Shown here piece by piece: positions 38,841 to 47,738 of a DNA stretch of 64,000 bases. Numbering within the stretch: the stretch's first letter is position 1; each line of letters starts with the position of its first letter. Origin of the DNA: Oscillospiraceae bacterium (lineage in GTDB: Bacteria > Bacillota > Clostridia > Oscillospirales > Oscillospiraceae); contig SVKL01000008.1 in the NCBI GenBank assembly GCA_015068495.1, forward strand, positions 13,892-77,891, given 5' to 3'. The notes beneath the pieces were generated by a model that did no database searches, was not told the origin of the DNA, and was given only the letters and a program-made list of their open reading frames with translations. Both the position numbers and the translations under genes were made by a program.

Positions 38841-41800
38841 ATGGCAAAGAGAACGGACTTAAAGAAAATTCTGATTATCGGCTCCGGTCCTATCGTAATC
38901 GGTCAGGCCGCTGAATTTGACTATGCAGGTACACAGGCTTGCTTGGCGCTGAAGGAAGAGGGCTACGAGGTTGTCCTGTGCAACTCCAACCCTGCAACCA
39001 TTATGACGGATACTACCATTGCCGACAAGGTGTATATGGAGCCTCTGACACTGGAATATGTGGCAAAGATTATCCGCTACGAGCGTCCCGATGCCATTCT
39101 GCCCGGCATCGGCGGACAGACCGGTCTGAATCTTGTTATGCAGCTGGAGAAGAAGGGCGTTTTGAAGGAATGCCGCGTGGAGCTGCTGGGTACTTCCAGT
39201 GAATCCATCGAGCGGGCTGAGGACAGAGAACTGTTCAAGGAGCTGTGCCAGTCCATCGGCGAGCCTGTCATTCCCTCCGAGATTACCTATTCTATCGAGG
39301 AAGCGAAAGCGGCGGCTAAGCGGATTGGCTATCCTGTGGTGCTTCGTCCTGCCTTTACCTTGGGCGGCACCGGTGGCGGCTTTGCATATAGTGAAGAAGA
39401 GCTGGTGGAAATCGGCTTAAACGCATTTAAGCTGTCTCCTGTGCATCAGGTGCTCATTGAGAAATCCGTCAAGGGTTATAAGGAAATCGAATTTGAGGTT
39501 ATGCGTGACGGCAACGATCACGCCATCACCATCTGCGGTATGGAAAACATTGACCCTGTAGGCGTCCATACCGGCGATAGCTTGGTGGTTGCGCCGATTA
39601 TGACTCTGAGCGACCACGATTTGAAGATGCTGAACGATTCTGCTATCAAGATCATCAAGGAATTGAAGATTGCAGGTGGCTGTAACGTGCAGTTTGCCCT
39701 GAATCCCAATAGCTCTGAATACTACCTCATTGAGGTAAATCCCAGAGTTTCCCGTTCTTCCGCTTTGGCATCCAAGGCTTCCGGCTATCCCATTGCCCGC
39801 GTAACGGCTAAAATTGCCGTGGGTATGGCGCTGGAGGACATTAAGATTGCCAACACCAACGCTGCTTTCGAGCCGAAGCTGGACTATGTCATTGCCAAGC
39901 TGCCCCGTTTCCCCTTCGATAAGTTCACCTCTGCAACCAACCTGCTGGGCACCCAGATGAAAGCCACCGGTGAGGTTATGGGTATCGGCTCCAATCTGGA
40001 AGAAGCGCTGTTAAAGGGTATCCGTTCTCTGGAAATCGGCGCAAACCACCTGTACCTGTCCAAGTTTGACAATATGAGCGTGGAGGAGCTGCTGGACTAC
40101 ATCAAGCAGTTCCGTTCCGATAACATCTTTGCTATTGCGGAACTGCTGTACCACGGTGTTTCTGTGGAGAAGATTCACGAAATTACACAAATTACACCCT
40201 ACTTCCTGGAATCCATTCGCAAGATTATCGATATGGAGGAAGTCCTTCGGGTTAAGGTAAACGACGTGGATGCCCTGAAGCAGGCAAAGGTTATGGGCTT
40301 CAGCGACAGATATGTTGCACGGCTGTGGAAGTGCGCAGAAATGGATGTTTACAAGCTGCGTAAGGCCAACAATATGTTCCCGGTATTCAAGATGGTGGAT
40401 ACCTGCCATACCGGTGCATACATTCCTTATTTCTACTCCTCCTACACCGGAGAGAACACCTCTGTTCTTACCGATAAAAAGAAAATTGTGGTGCTGGGCG
40501 CCGGTCCTATCCGTATCGGTCAGGGTGTGGAATTTGACTATTCCACCGTTCACTCTGTAATGACCATTCGGGATGCAGGCTACGAGGCCATCATCATTAA
40601 CAACAACCCCGAAACCGTTTCCACCGACTACACCACCGCTGACAAGCTGTACTTTGAGCCACTGACACCTGAGGATGTTATGAACATCATTGAGTTTGAG
40701 AATCCTGTGGGTGTGGTTGCATCCCTTGGCGGTCAAACGGCTATCAATCTTGCTCAGCCTTTGGATGACCGGGGTGTAAAGATTATCGGCACAGATTGCG
40801 CTGCCATCGACAGAGCAGAGGACAGAAATGCCTTTGAAAACCTGCTCAACGACCTGAACATTCCCCGGGCTAAGGGTCAGGCTGTTACCAAGCTGGAAGA
40901 CGGTATTGCCGCCGCAGCGGAGATCGGCTATCCTGTGCTGGTGCGTCCTTCCTTTGTGCTGGGCGGCCGGGCAATGCAGATTGTTGCCAACGAGCAGCAG
41001 CTGCGTCACTACTTGCGTACCGCGGTTGAAATTGACGAGGACAAGCCCGTCTTGGTGGATAAGTATATTGAAGGCCGTGAAGTGGAGATTGACGCCATTT
41101 GCGACGGCCGGGATGTGTTTGTTCCCGGCATTATGGAGCTGGTAGAGCGTACCGGCGTCCACTCCGGCGACTCCATTTCTGTCTATCCCACCTTCTCTAT
41201 TTCCAACAAGGTTAAGGGTATCATCCTGCAGTATGCCAAAAAGCTGGGCTTGGGCATCGGCATTGTGGGTCTGTTCAATATCCAGTTCATCGTGGATAAG
41301 GACGATAATGTGTTTATTATCGAGGTAAATCCCCGTTCCTCCCGTACCGTGCCGTTCCTGAGTAAGGCAACCGGCTATTCCTTGGCAGATATTGCCACCG
41401 AGGTTATTTTGGGCAAGAGCCTGAAGGAGCAGGGCCTGTTTGACATCTACCCCGATGAGAAGGATCGCTGGTATGCCAAAGCACCTGTGTTCTCCTTCAA
41501 TAAAATCCGCGGACTGGACGCTTATCTGTCACCTGAAATGAAGTCCACCGGCGAAGCCATCGGCTACGACAGCACGATGAACCGCGCTTTGTATAAGGCG
41601 CTGCAGGCCTCCGGTATGCACCTGCAGAATTATGGTACTGTGCTGGTTACCATTGCAGACAAGGATAAGGAAGAGGCCCTGCCTTTGATTCGCCGCTTCT
41701 ATCAGCTGGGCTTCAACATTGAAGCAACTGAGGGCACTGCGGACTTCTTGAAAGCAAACGGAATCCGTACCCACAAGCTGGGCAAGATCGGCGACGGCAG

Positions 41801-42008
41801 CGAAGAGATTCCCAATGCGCTGCGTCAGGGCCACATTGCCTACGTGATTAACACCAAAGACCCCGGCAGCAACGGCAGTGACGGTGTGCAGATCCGTCAG
41901 ATTGCCACCGAGCATAATGTTTCTCTGTTCACTGCGTTGGATACCGTAAAGGTGCTGCTGGACGTTTTGGAAGAAACTACGCTGACCATTTCTACCATTG
42001 ATGCTTGA
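38841..42008 (+). CDS. carB: Carbamoyl-phosphate synthase large subunit
   Basis: GSGPIVIGQAAEFDYAG, two ATP-grasp halves, IEVNPRVSRSS and IEVNPRSSRT, C-terminal MGS domain. Confidence 0.97.
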   Translation: MAKRTDLKKILIIGSGPIVIGQAAEFDYAGTQACLALKEEGYEVVLCNSNPATIMTDTTIADKVYMEPLTLEYVAKIIRYERPDAILPGIGGQTGLNLVMQLEKKGVLKECRVELLGTSSESIERAEDRELFKELCQSIGEPVIPSEITYSIEEAKAAAKRIGYPVVLRPAFTLGGTGGGFAYSEEELVEIGLNAFKLSPVHQVLIEKSVKGYKEIEFEVMRDGNDHAITICGMENIDPVGVHTGDSLVVAPIMTLSDHDLKMLNDSAIKIIKELKIAGGCNVQFALNPNSSEYYLIEVNPRVSRSSALASKASGYPIARVTAKIAVGMALEDIKIANTNAAFEPKLDYVIAKLPRFPFDKFTSATNLLGTQMKATGEVMGIGSNLEEALLKGIRSLEIGANHLYLSKFDNMSVEELLDYIKQFRSDNIFAIAELLYHGVSVEKIHEITQITPYFLESIRKIIDMEEVLRVKVNDVDALKQAKVMGFSDRYVARLWKCAEMDVYKLRKANNMFPVFKMVDTCHTGAYIPYFYSSYTGENTSVLTDKKKIVVLGAGPIRIGQGVEFDYSTVHSVMTIRDAGYEAIIINNNPETVSTDYTTADKLYFEPLTPEDVMNIIEFENPVGVVASLGGQTAINLAQPLDDRGVKIIGTDCAAIDRAEDRNAFENLLNDLNIPRAKGQAVTKLEDGIAAAAEIGYPVLVRPSFVLGGRAMQIVANEQQLRHYLRTAVEIDEDKPVLVDKYIEGREVEIDAICDGRDVFVPGIMELVERTGVHSGDSISVYPTFSISNKVKGIILQYAKKLGLGIGIVGLFNIQFIVDKDDNVFIIEVNPRSSRTVPFLSKATGYSLADIATEVILGKSLKEQGLFDIYPDEKDRWYAKAPVFSFNKIRGLDAYLSPEMKSTGEAIGYDSTMNRALYKALQASGMHLQNYGTVLVTIADKDKEEALPLIRRFYQLGFNIEATEGTADFLKANGIRTHKLGKIGDGSEEIPNALRQGHIAYVINTKDPGSNGSDGVQIRQIATEHNVSLFTALDTVKVLLDVLEETTLTISTIDA

Positions 42009-42016
42009 TTTAATGT

Positions 42017-42042
42017 TGTAGCGCGGGGGCTTGCCCCCGCCG
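42017..42042 (+). repeat. GTAG-type REP-like palindrome
   Basis: TGTAG-CGCGGGGGC-TT-GCCCCCGCCG in the carB-pyrK gap. Confidence 0.55.
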
Positions 42043-42070
42043 AACAATACTATGTCAAACGGAGGAAACA

Positions 42071-42808
42071 ATGAAACAATCGAGTTTTACTGTTGTCAGC
42101 AATACCTCTCTGACTGACAATGTTTATAAAATGGTTCTGCAGGGCGACGTATCGGCTATTACTGCGCCGGGCCAGTTTGTCAACCTCAAGCTGGAGGGCC
42201 TGTATCTGCGCCGTCCCATCTCCGTGTGTGATTTGGATGGGGACAAGCTGACCATTGTTTATAAGGCGGTAGGTAAGGGAACAGAGCAGATGTCCCGTAT
42301 GACAGCAGGGGAGAAGCTGGATATTCTCACCGGCTTGGGCAACGGCTATGACCTGAGCCTGTCCGGCGAGAAGCCTGTGCTGCTGGGTGGCGGCGTAGGC
42401 GTGCCTCCTATGTATCTGCTTGCCAAAGAATTGCTGAAACAGGGCAAAAAAGTTTCTGTTATCTTGGGATTCAACACAAAATCCGAGATTTTCTACGAAG
42501 AAGAATTTGAAAAGCTTGGCTGCAATGTAACCGTTACAACCGTGGACGGTAGCTTTGGCACAAAAGGCTTTGTCACCACTGCATTGGAAGGGGTGGACTA
42601 TTCCTACTTCTATACCTGCGGTCCTGAGCCAATGCTGAAGGCTGTATATAAGGCATCCAATACTTCTGGGCAGATGAGCTTTGAAAAGAGGATGGGGTGT
42701 GGCTTTGGCGCATGTATGGGCTGCTCCTGCAAGACCCTCACCGGCTACAAGCGTATCTGCAAGGAAGGCCCTGTGATGAAAAAGGAGGAAATTCTATGGG
42801 AAGATTAA
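42071..42808 (+). CDS. pyrK: Dihydroorotate dehydrogenase electron transfer subunit
   Basis: PGQFV, RRPIS, GGGVG, CGPEPM, MGCGFGACMGC 2Fe-2S motif. Confidence 0.94.
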   Translation: MKQSSFTVVSNTSLTDNVYKMVLQGDVSAITAPGQFVNLKLEGLYLRRPISVCDLDGDKLTIVYKAVGKGTEQMSRMTAGEKLDILTGLGNGYDLSLSGEKPVLLGGGVGVPPMYLLAKELLKQGKKVSVILGFNTKSEIFYEEEFEKLGCNVTVTTVDGSFGTKGFVTTALEGVDYSYFYTCGPEPMLKAVYKASNTSGQMSFEKRMGCGFGACMGCSCKTLTGYKRICKEGPVMKKEEILWED

Positions 42809-43707
42809 GTGTTGACCTGTGTGGAATTACCCTTGATAATCCTGTAATTCCTGCCTCCGGCACCTTCGGCTACGGCTATGAGTATGCTGAAATTTATGAT
42901 ATCAACTGCCTTGGCACGTTCTCTTTTAAGGGCACAACCAAGGAGCCCCGTTTCGGCAACCCTACGCCCCGGATCGCTGAATGTACCGCCGGTATGATCA
43001 ATGCCGTTGGCTTGCAGAATCCCGGTGTGGAAAAGGTTATTGCCGAGGAACTACCGAAGCTGAAAAAATGCTTCCACAAGCCTGTTATGGCAAATATCAG
43101 CGGTTTTGGGGTAGAGGAGTATGCCTACACCTGCGAAAAGCTGGATAAGGAGGCGCAAGTCGGCTGGCTGGAAGTGAACGTCAGCTGTCCCAATGTCCAC
43201 GGCGGCGGTATGAGCTTCGGTACTGACCCGAAAGCAGCCGCTGAGGTGACGAAGGCAGTAAAGAAGGTCACCACCAAGCCGGTGATTGTAAAGCTGTCCC
43301 CCAACGTGACGGACATCGTTTCTATTGCAAAAGCCTGTGAAGATGCCGGCGCTGACGGTATCAGCCTGATTAACACAATGCTGGGTATGCGCATTGACCT
43401 GAAAACCCGCAAGCCGGTAATTGCCAACAAGATGGGCGGCTTCTCCGGCGCAGCAATTTTCCCTGTGGCGGTGCGTATGGTCTATCAGGTCGCCAATGCC
43501 GTCAAGATTCCCGTGGTGGGTATGGGCGGCGTAAGCAGTGCTGAGGACGTGATTGAGATGATGCTGGCTGGCGCAACTGCCGTTGAGGTGGGCGCAGCAA
43601 ACCTTGTGAACCCCTGCATTTGTCGGGATATTATCGAAGAACTTCCCGCAGTTATGGATAAATACAGAATCAATACATTAAGTGAAATTATCGGAGGTGC
43701 GAAATAA
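42796..43707 (+). CDS. pyrD: Dihydroorotate dehydrogenase B catalytic subunit
   Basis: [36 protein letters not shown]; ATG 42796 after AGGAGG. Confidence 0.95.
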   Translation: MGRLSVDLCGITLDNPVIPASGTFGYGYEYAEIYDINCLGTFSFKGTTKEPRFGNPTPRIAECTAGMINAVGLQNPGVEKVIAEELPKLKKCFHKPVMANISGFGVEEYAYTCEKLDKEAQVGWLEVNVSCPNVHGGGMSFGTDPKAAAEVTKAVKKVTTKPVIVKLSPNVTDIVSIAKACEDAGADGISLINTMLGMRIDLKTRKPVIANKMGGFSGAAIFPVAVRMVYQVANAVKIPVVGMGGVSSAEDVIEMMLAGATAVEVGAANLVNPCICRDIIEELPAVMDKYRINTLSEIIGGAK

Positions 43708-44405
43708 TGGGTAAGGACGTGATTGTAGCCTGTGATTTTGCCAGCGCAGAGCAGACCTTTGCGTTTTTGGACAAGTTCACCGGCCGGAAGCCTTTCGTGA
43801 AAATCGGCATGGAGCTGTACTACGCAGAAGGCCCTGCCATCGTCAAGGAAATCAAGGCAAGAGGTCATAAGATTTTCTTGGATTTGAAGCTCCACGACAT
43901 TCCCAACACTGTCAAAAAGGCAATGGCAGTTTTGCGGAATCTGGATGTGGATATCACAAACCTGCACGCCGCCGGCACCAAGAATATGATGCGCGCCGCC
44001 TTGGAGGGCTTGACCCGTGAGGACGGCACCCGTCCGCTGCTGATTGCTGTGACCCAGCTGACCTCCACCGATCAGGAGAGTATGGAAAAGGACCTGCTCA
44101 TTGAAAAGCCTATTGATCAGGTGGTTATGCACTACGCCAAATGCGCCGAAGAGGCAGGTCTCGACGGCATCGTATGCTCACCGCTGGAGGCAGGCAAGGT
44201 CCACGATACCTGCGGCAAGAGCTTTTTGACTGTTACCCCCGGTGTCCGCTTTGCTGACGGCGATGTGGGTGACCAGAAGCGGGTTATGACCCCTGCGCAG
44301 GCTAAGGAAATCGGCTCCGACTATATTGTTGTGGGCCGTCCGATTACTGCTGCCGCCGACCCCGTGGCCGCCTACGAGCGCTGCATTGATGAATTCTGCG
44401 ACTAA
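43707..44405 (+). CDS. pyrF: Orotidine-5-phosphate decarboxylase
   Basis: [34 protein letters not shown]. Confidence 0.96.
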   Translation: MGKDVIVACDFASAEQTFAFLDKFTGRKPFVKIGMELYYAEGPAIVKEIKARGHKIFLDLKLHDIPNTVKKAMAVLRNLDVDITNLHAAGTKNMMRAALEGLTREDGTRPLLIAVTQLTSTDQESMEKDLLIEKPIDQVVMHYAKCAEEAGLDGIVCSPLEAGKVHDTCGKSFLTVTPGVRFADGDVGDQKRVMTPAQAKEIGSDYIVVGRPITAAADPVAAYERCIDEFCD

Positions 44406-44408
44406 AAT

Positions 44409-44487
44409 TGTAGGGACCGGCGTCCTCGACGGTCCTATTGCAGAAGTCCGCTTTGCTGACGGACTGTCCGGGAGGCCAGTCCCTACA
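44409..44487. repeat. Inverted doublet of GTAG-type REP units (REPIN/BIME-like)
   Basis: TGTAGGGACCGGCGTCCTCGACGGTCC (44409-44435) and the reverse complement of TGTAGGGACTGGCCTCCCGGACAGTCC (44461-44487). Confidence 0.75.
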
Positions 44488-44512
44488 CATTTATCTTCAA
44501 AGGAGAACCATT

Positions 44513-45166
44513 ATGGAAGCCTATAAAAGAGAATTCATTGAATTCCTGCAGGATGCAGGTGTGTTGAAATTTGGCGATTTTACAGCCAAATCCGGCCGTA
44601 AAATTCCTTATTTTGTCAATGCCGGTATGATTAAGACCGGTGACCAAATTACCAAAATGGGCGAGTTCTACGCCAAGGCTTATTTTGACAAGCTGGGTAA
44701 AAAGCAGGCTGTCCTGTACGGACCTGCCTATAAGGGTATTTCTCTGTCCATTTCTGCCGCTGTGGCGCTGTCCCGTAACGGTCTGAATGTTCCTTTCTTC
44801 TTTAACCGTAAGGAAGTGAAAGACCACGGTGAAGGCGGTACATTCGTAGGCTACGTTCCTCAGGCCGGCGAAGAAATCGTCATAATTGAAGACGTAATTA
44901 CAGCCGGCACTGCTATCCGTGAGTCTATGGAAATCCTCAGCCACTTGGATGGCACGAAAGTTATTGCCACCTTCATTATGGTTGACCGGAAAGAGAAGGG
45001 TCAGACCGAGAAGGGTGCTATGCAGGAGATTGAAGAGCAGTTCGGCTTCCCTGTGTACTCTGTTGTGGACGTTTATGACATTATCGAGTATTTGGAGGAA
45101 GACCCTGCCAACGAAGAAAACGTTACCCGTATTAAGAACTATCTGGCTGTGAATGGAGCGAAATAA
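44513..45166 (+). CDS. pyrE: Orotate phosphoribosyltransferase
   Basis: [40 protein letters not shown]; ATG 44513 after AAGGAG. Confidence 0.95.
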   Translation: MEAYKREFIEFLQDAGVLKFGDFTAKSGRKIPYFVNAGMIKTGDQITKMGEFYAKAYFDKLGKKQAVLYGPAYKGISLSISAAVALSRNGLNVPFFFNRKEVKDHGEGGTFVGYVPQAGEEIVIIEDVITAGTAIRESMEILSHLDGTKVIATFIMVDRKEKGQTEKGAMQEIEEQFGFPVYSVVDVYDIIEYLEEDPANEENVTRIKNYLAVNGAK

Positions 45167-46254
45167 TGAGAAGCTTGATTGACATTGTAGATTTTTCCGT
45201 TGAGGAAATTCAGCAGCTGCTGGAGACTGCCTGCGACATCAGCGAAAATCCTGCAAAGTATGCAGAACGCTGCCGTGGCAAGAAGCTGGCAACGCTGTTC
45301 TATGAGCCTTCCACCCGTACCCGCCTTAGCTTTGAAGCGGCTATGTATGAGTTGGGCGGTAACGTGCTGGGCTTTAGCGAGGCGGCATCTTCTTCTGCCG
45401 CAAAGGGAGAGAGCATGGCAGACACTGCAAAAATGCTCTCCTGCTATGCGGATATTATGGCAATCCGTCATCCCAAGGAGGGTGCGCCTTTCGTAGCTGC
45501 AACCAATGCCACCATTCCCGTTATCAATGCCGGTGATGGCGGCCATTGCCACCCCACACAGACCTTGGCTGACCTGCTGACCGTTTATCGGGAAAACGGA
45601 AGACTCCACGATTTGACCATCGGCTGCTGTGGTGATTTGAAATATGGCAGAACGGTGCACTCCTTGATATCTGCTTTTTCACGGTACGACAATATCAAGT
45701 TTGTCCTGATTTCTCCCGAAGAGCTGAAGCTACCCAAGTACGTAAAGTATGAGGTGCTGGATAAAAACGGTATGCAGTATGTGGAAACAACCTCTTTGGA
45801 GGAGGCAATGCCGCAGCTGGATGTTTTGTATATGACCCGTATCCAACGGGAGCGCTTTGACAGCTTTGACGAGTATGAGCGTTTGAAGGACAGCTATATT
45901 CTGACACCTGAGAAGATGGCAGCGGCTAAGCCCACTATGCGCGTGCTGCACCCCCTTCCCAGAGTGAATGAAATCAGCGTAAAGGTGGATGAAGATCCCC
46001 GGGCAGCCTATTTCCGCCAGGCGCTGAACGGCAAGTATATGCGTATGGCGCTGATTCTCAAGCTGCTCAAAGAGGCTGAGGAAGGCAAGCAGATGGAGCC
46101 GGTGAATGCTGTGGAGAACAGTGCTCTTATCTGTGATAACCCCCGCTGTATTTCCTCTACCGAGCAGGAGCTTCCCCACAGATTTAAGCTGGTGGATGCA
46201 GAACGTGGCATTTACCGGTGCATCTATTGCGAGGGTAAAAAAACCTTGGGTTGA
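45166..46254 (+). CDS. pyrB: Aspartate carbamoyltransferase with a fused C-terminal PyrI-type zinc domain
   Basis: [29 protein letters not shown]; extension CDNPRC...RCIYCE. Confidence 0.94.
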   Translation: MRSLIDIVDFSVEEIQQLLETACDISENPAKYAERCRGKKLATLFYEPSTRTRLSFEAAMYELGGNVLGFSEAASSSAAKGESMADTAKMLSCYADIMAIRHPKEGAPFVAATNATIPVINAGDGGHCHPTQTLADLLTVYRENGRLHDLTIGCCGDLKYGRTVHSLISAFSRYDNIKFVLISPEELKLPKYVKYEVLDKNGMQYVETTSLEEAMPQLDVLYMTRIQRERFDSFDEYERLKDSYILTPEKMAAAKPTMRVLHPLPRVNEISVKVDEDPRAAYFRQALNGKYMRMALILKLLKEAEEGKQMEPVNAVENSALICDNPRCISSTEQELPHRFKLVDAERGIYRCIYCEGKKTLG

Positions 46255-46323
46255 TATCTTTCACAAAACAAAGGTTTCAAACGCCAAATTTCGTGTAAAA
46301 AACAGAGAAACGCACGGCTTTGC

Positions 46324-46352
46324 TTGACACCAAAACCCAGCCGTGATAAACT
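46324..46352 (+). promoter_or_regulatory. sigma-A promoter of the pur operon
   Basis: TTGACA-17-TAAACT with extended -10 TG. Confidence 0.7.
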
Positions 46353-46369
46353 GTTTACAGTGATGAATA

Positions 46370-46443
46370 TCGTTCTTTGCGACTGACGGAAATGTGGAGC
46401 ACCACAAGGGACCAAAGAATGTAAAAGCCGACCGTCTGGGCGC
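46370..46443 (+). ncRNA. ZMP/ZTP (pfl) riboswitch
   Basis: P1 TTCTTTG/CAAAGAA, GCGACTGACGGA junction, P2 GTGG/CCAC, P3 GCCGACCGTCTGGGC whose loop can pseudoknot with GACGG; upstream of purE. Confidence 0.92.
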
Positions 46444-46478
46444 ATTTGACAGTAACCTTAGTCAAGTGCGCCCTTTTT
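46438..46478 (+). terminator. Expression-platform terminator of the ZTP riboswitch
   Basis: GGGCGCATTTGAC / GTCAAGTGCGCCC + TTTTT; the 5-prime arm overlaps P3. Confidence 0.85.
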
Positions 46479-46497
46479 AGGTTTTAGGAGGTAATGT

Positions 46498-46986
46498 ATG
46501 AAAAAAGTTGGCATTGTAATGGGCAGTGACAGTGATTTGCCCATCGTCCAAAAGGCAATTGATATGCTAAAGAGCCTTGAAATTCCTTATGAGGTGCACA
46601 TCTATTCTGCCCACAGAACGCCTGTTGAAGCGCGGGATTTTGCGCTCAATGCAAGAGTAAACGGTTTTGGAGCGATTATCTGTGCTGCCGGTATGGCGGC
46701 GCATTTGGCAGGCGCGATTGCCGCCAACACAACCCTTCCTGTGGTGGGAATTCCCTGCAAGGGTGGAATGATGGACGGAATGGACGCGTTGCTGTCTACA
46801 GTGCAGATGCCCACAGGTATCCCTGTGGCTACCGTCGCGATTAATGGTGCGGCCAATGCGGCGCTTCTGTGTGCACAAATTTTGGCTGTTGAAGACAAGG
46901 GGTTGGCTGAAAAATTGGATGCCAAACGCAAGAGCGATGCCGCTAAGGTCCTGCAAAAGGATGCGGATATTGCTGCAAATCTGTAA
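46498..46986 (+). CDS. purE: AIR carboxylase / N5-CAIR mutase
   Basis: MGSDSD, SAHRTP, AGMAAHLAG, PVVGIP, QMPTGIPVATV. Confidence 0.96.
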   Translation: MKKVGIVMGSDSDLPIVQKAIDMLKSLEIPYEVHIYSAHRTPVEARDFALNARVNGFGAIICAAGMAAHLAGAIAANTTLPVVGIPCKGGMMDGMDALLSTVQMPTGIPVATVAINGAANAALLCAQILAVEDKGLAEKLDAKRKSDAAKVLQKDADIAANL

Positions 46987-47028
46987 TTTCTGAGTTATAC
47001 ACTCACTATGATAAAGGAGAAATTGATT

Positions 47029-47715
47029 ATGGAAAAGAAGCTTATTTACACCGGTAAGACCAAAAATGTTTATGAACTGCCCAACGGTAACTGCCTGTTG
47101 CTGTTTAAGGACGACTGCACCGGTAAGGACGGTGTGTTTGATCCCGGTGAGAACGCCGTTGGCTTGACCATCGAGGGTGTAGGTGATGTAAACCTGCGTA
47201 TGTCCATTTACTTCTTCGAAAAAATCAATGCTGCCGGTATTAAGACCCACTATGTGTCTGCTGATTTGGCTAGCACCACTATGGAAGTTTTGCCCGCCAA
47301 GGTGTTTGGTAAGGGTCTGGAGGTTATCTGCCGTTGTAAAGCAGTAGGCTCCTTCTTCCGCCGCTACAATGAATATTGTACCGAGGGTCAGGACCTGCCT
47401 TTCTATGTTGAGACCACCTTCAAGAACGATGCACTGGGTGATCCTCTGGTTACCAAGGACGGTCTTGTTGATTTGGGCGTTATGACTGCAGAGCAGTATG
47501 ATTCTCTGAAGGCTCAGACACAGGCAATTACCAAGATCGTTGCCGATGATTTGGCAGCCAAGGGTTTGGATCTGTATGATATCAAGTTTGAATTCGGTTA
47601 CGACCCTGATGGCAACGTAATGCTCATTGATGAGGTTGCATCCGGCAATATGCGTGTCTATAAGGACGGTCAGTACATTGACCCCATGACCCTGAACAAG
47701 CTGTTCTTTGCCTAA
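47029..47715 (+). CDS. purC: SAICAR synthetase
   Basis: YTGKTK, FKDD, LEVICR, ETTFKND, DIKFEFG, LIDE; ATG 47029 after AAGGAG. Confidence 0.93.
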   Translation: MEKKLIYTGKTKNVYELPNGNCLLLFKDDCTGKDGVFDPGENAVGLTIEGVGDVNLRMSIYFFEKINAAGIKTHYVSADLASTTMEVLPAKVFGKGLEVICRCKAVGSFFRRYNEYCTEGQDLPFYVETTFKNDALGDPLVTKDGLVDLGVMTAEQYDSLKAQTQAITKIVADDLAAKGLDLYDIKFEFGYDPDGNVMLIDEVASGNMRVYKDGQYIDPMTLNKLFFA

Positions 47716-47738
47716 ATTCTGATTAAGGAGCTTGCCCC

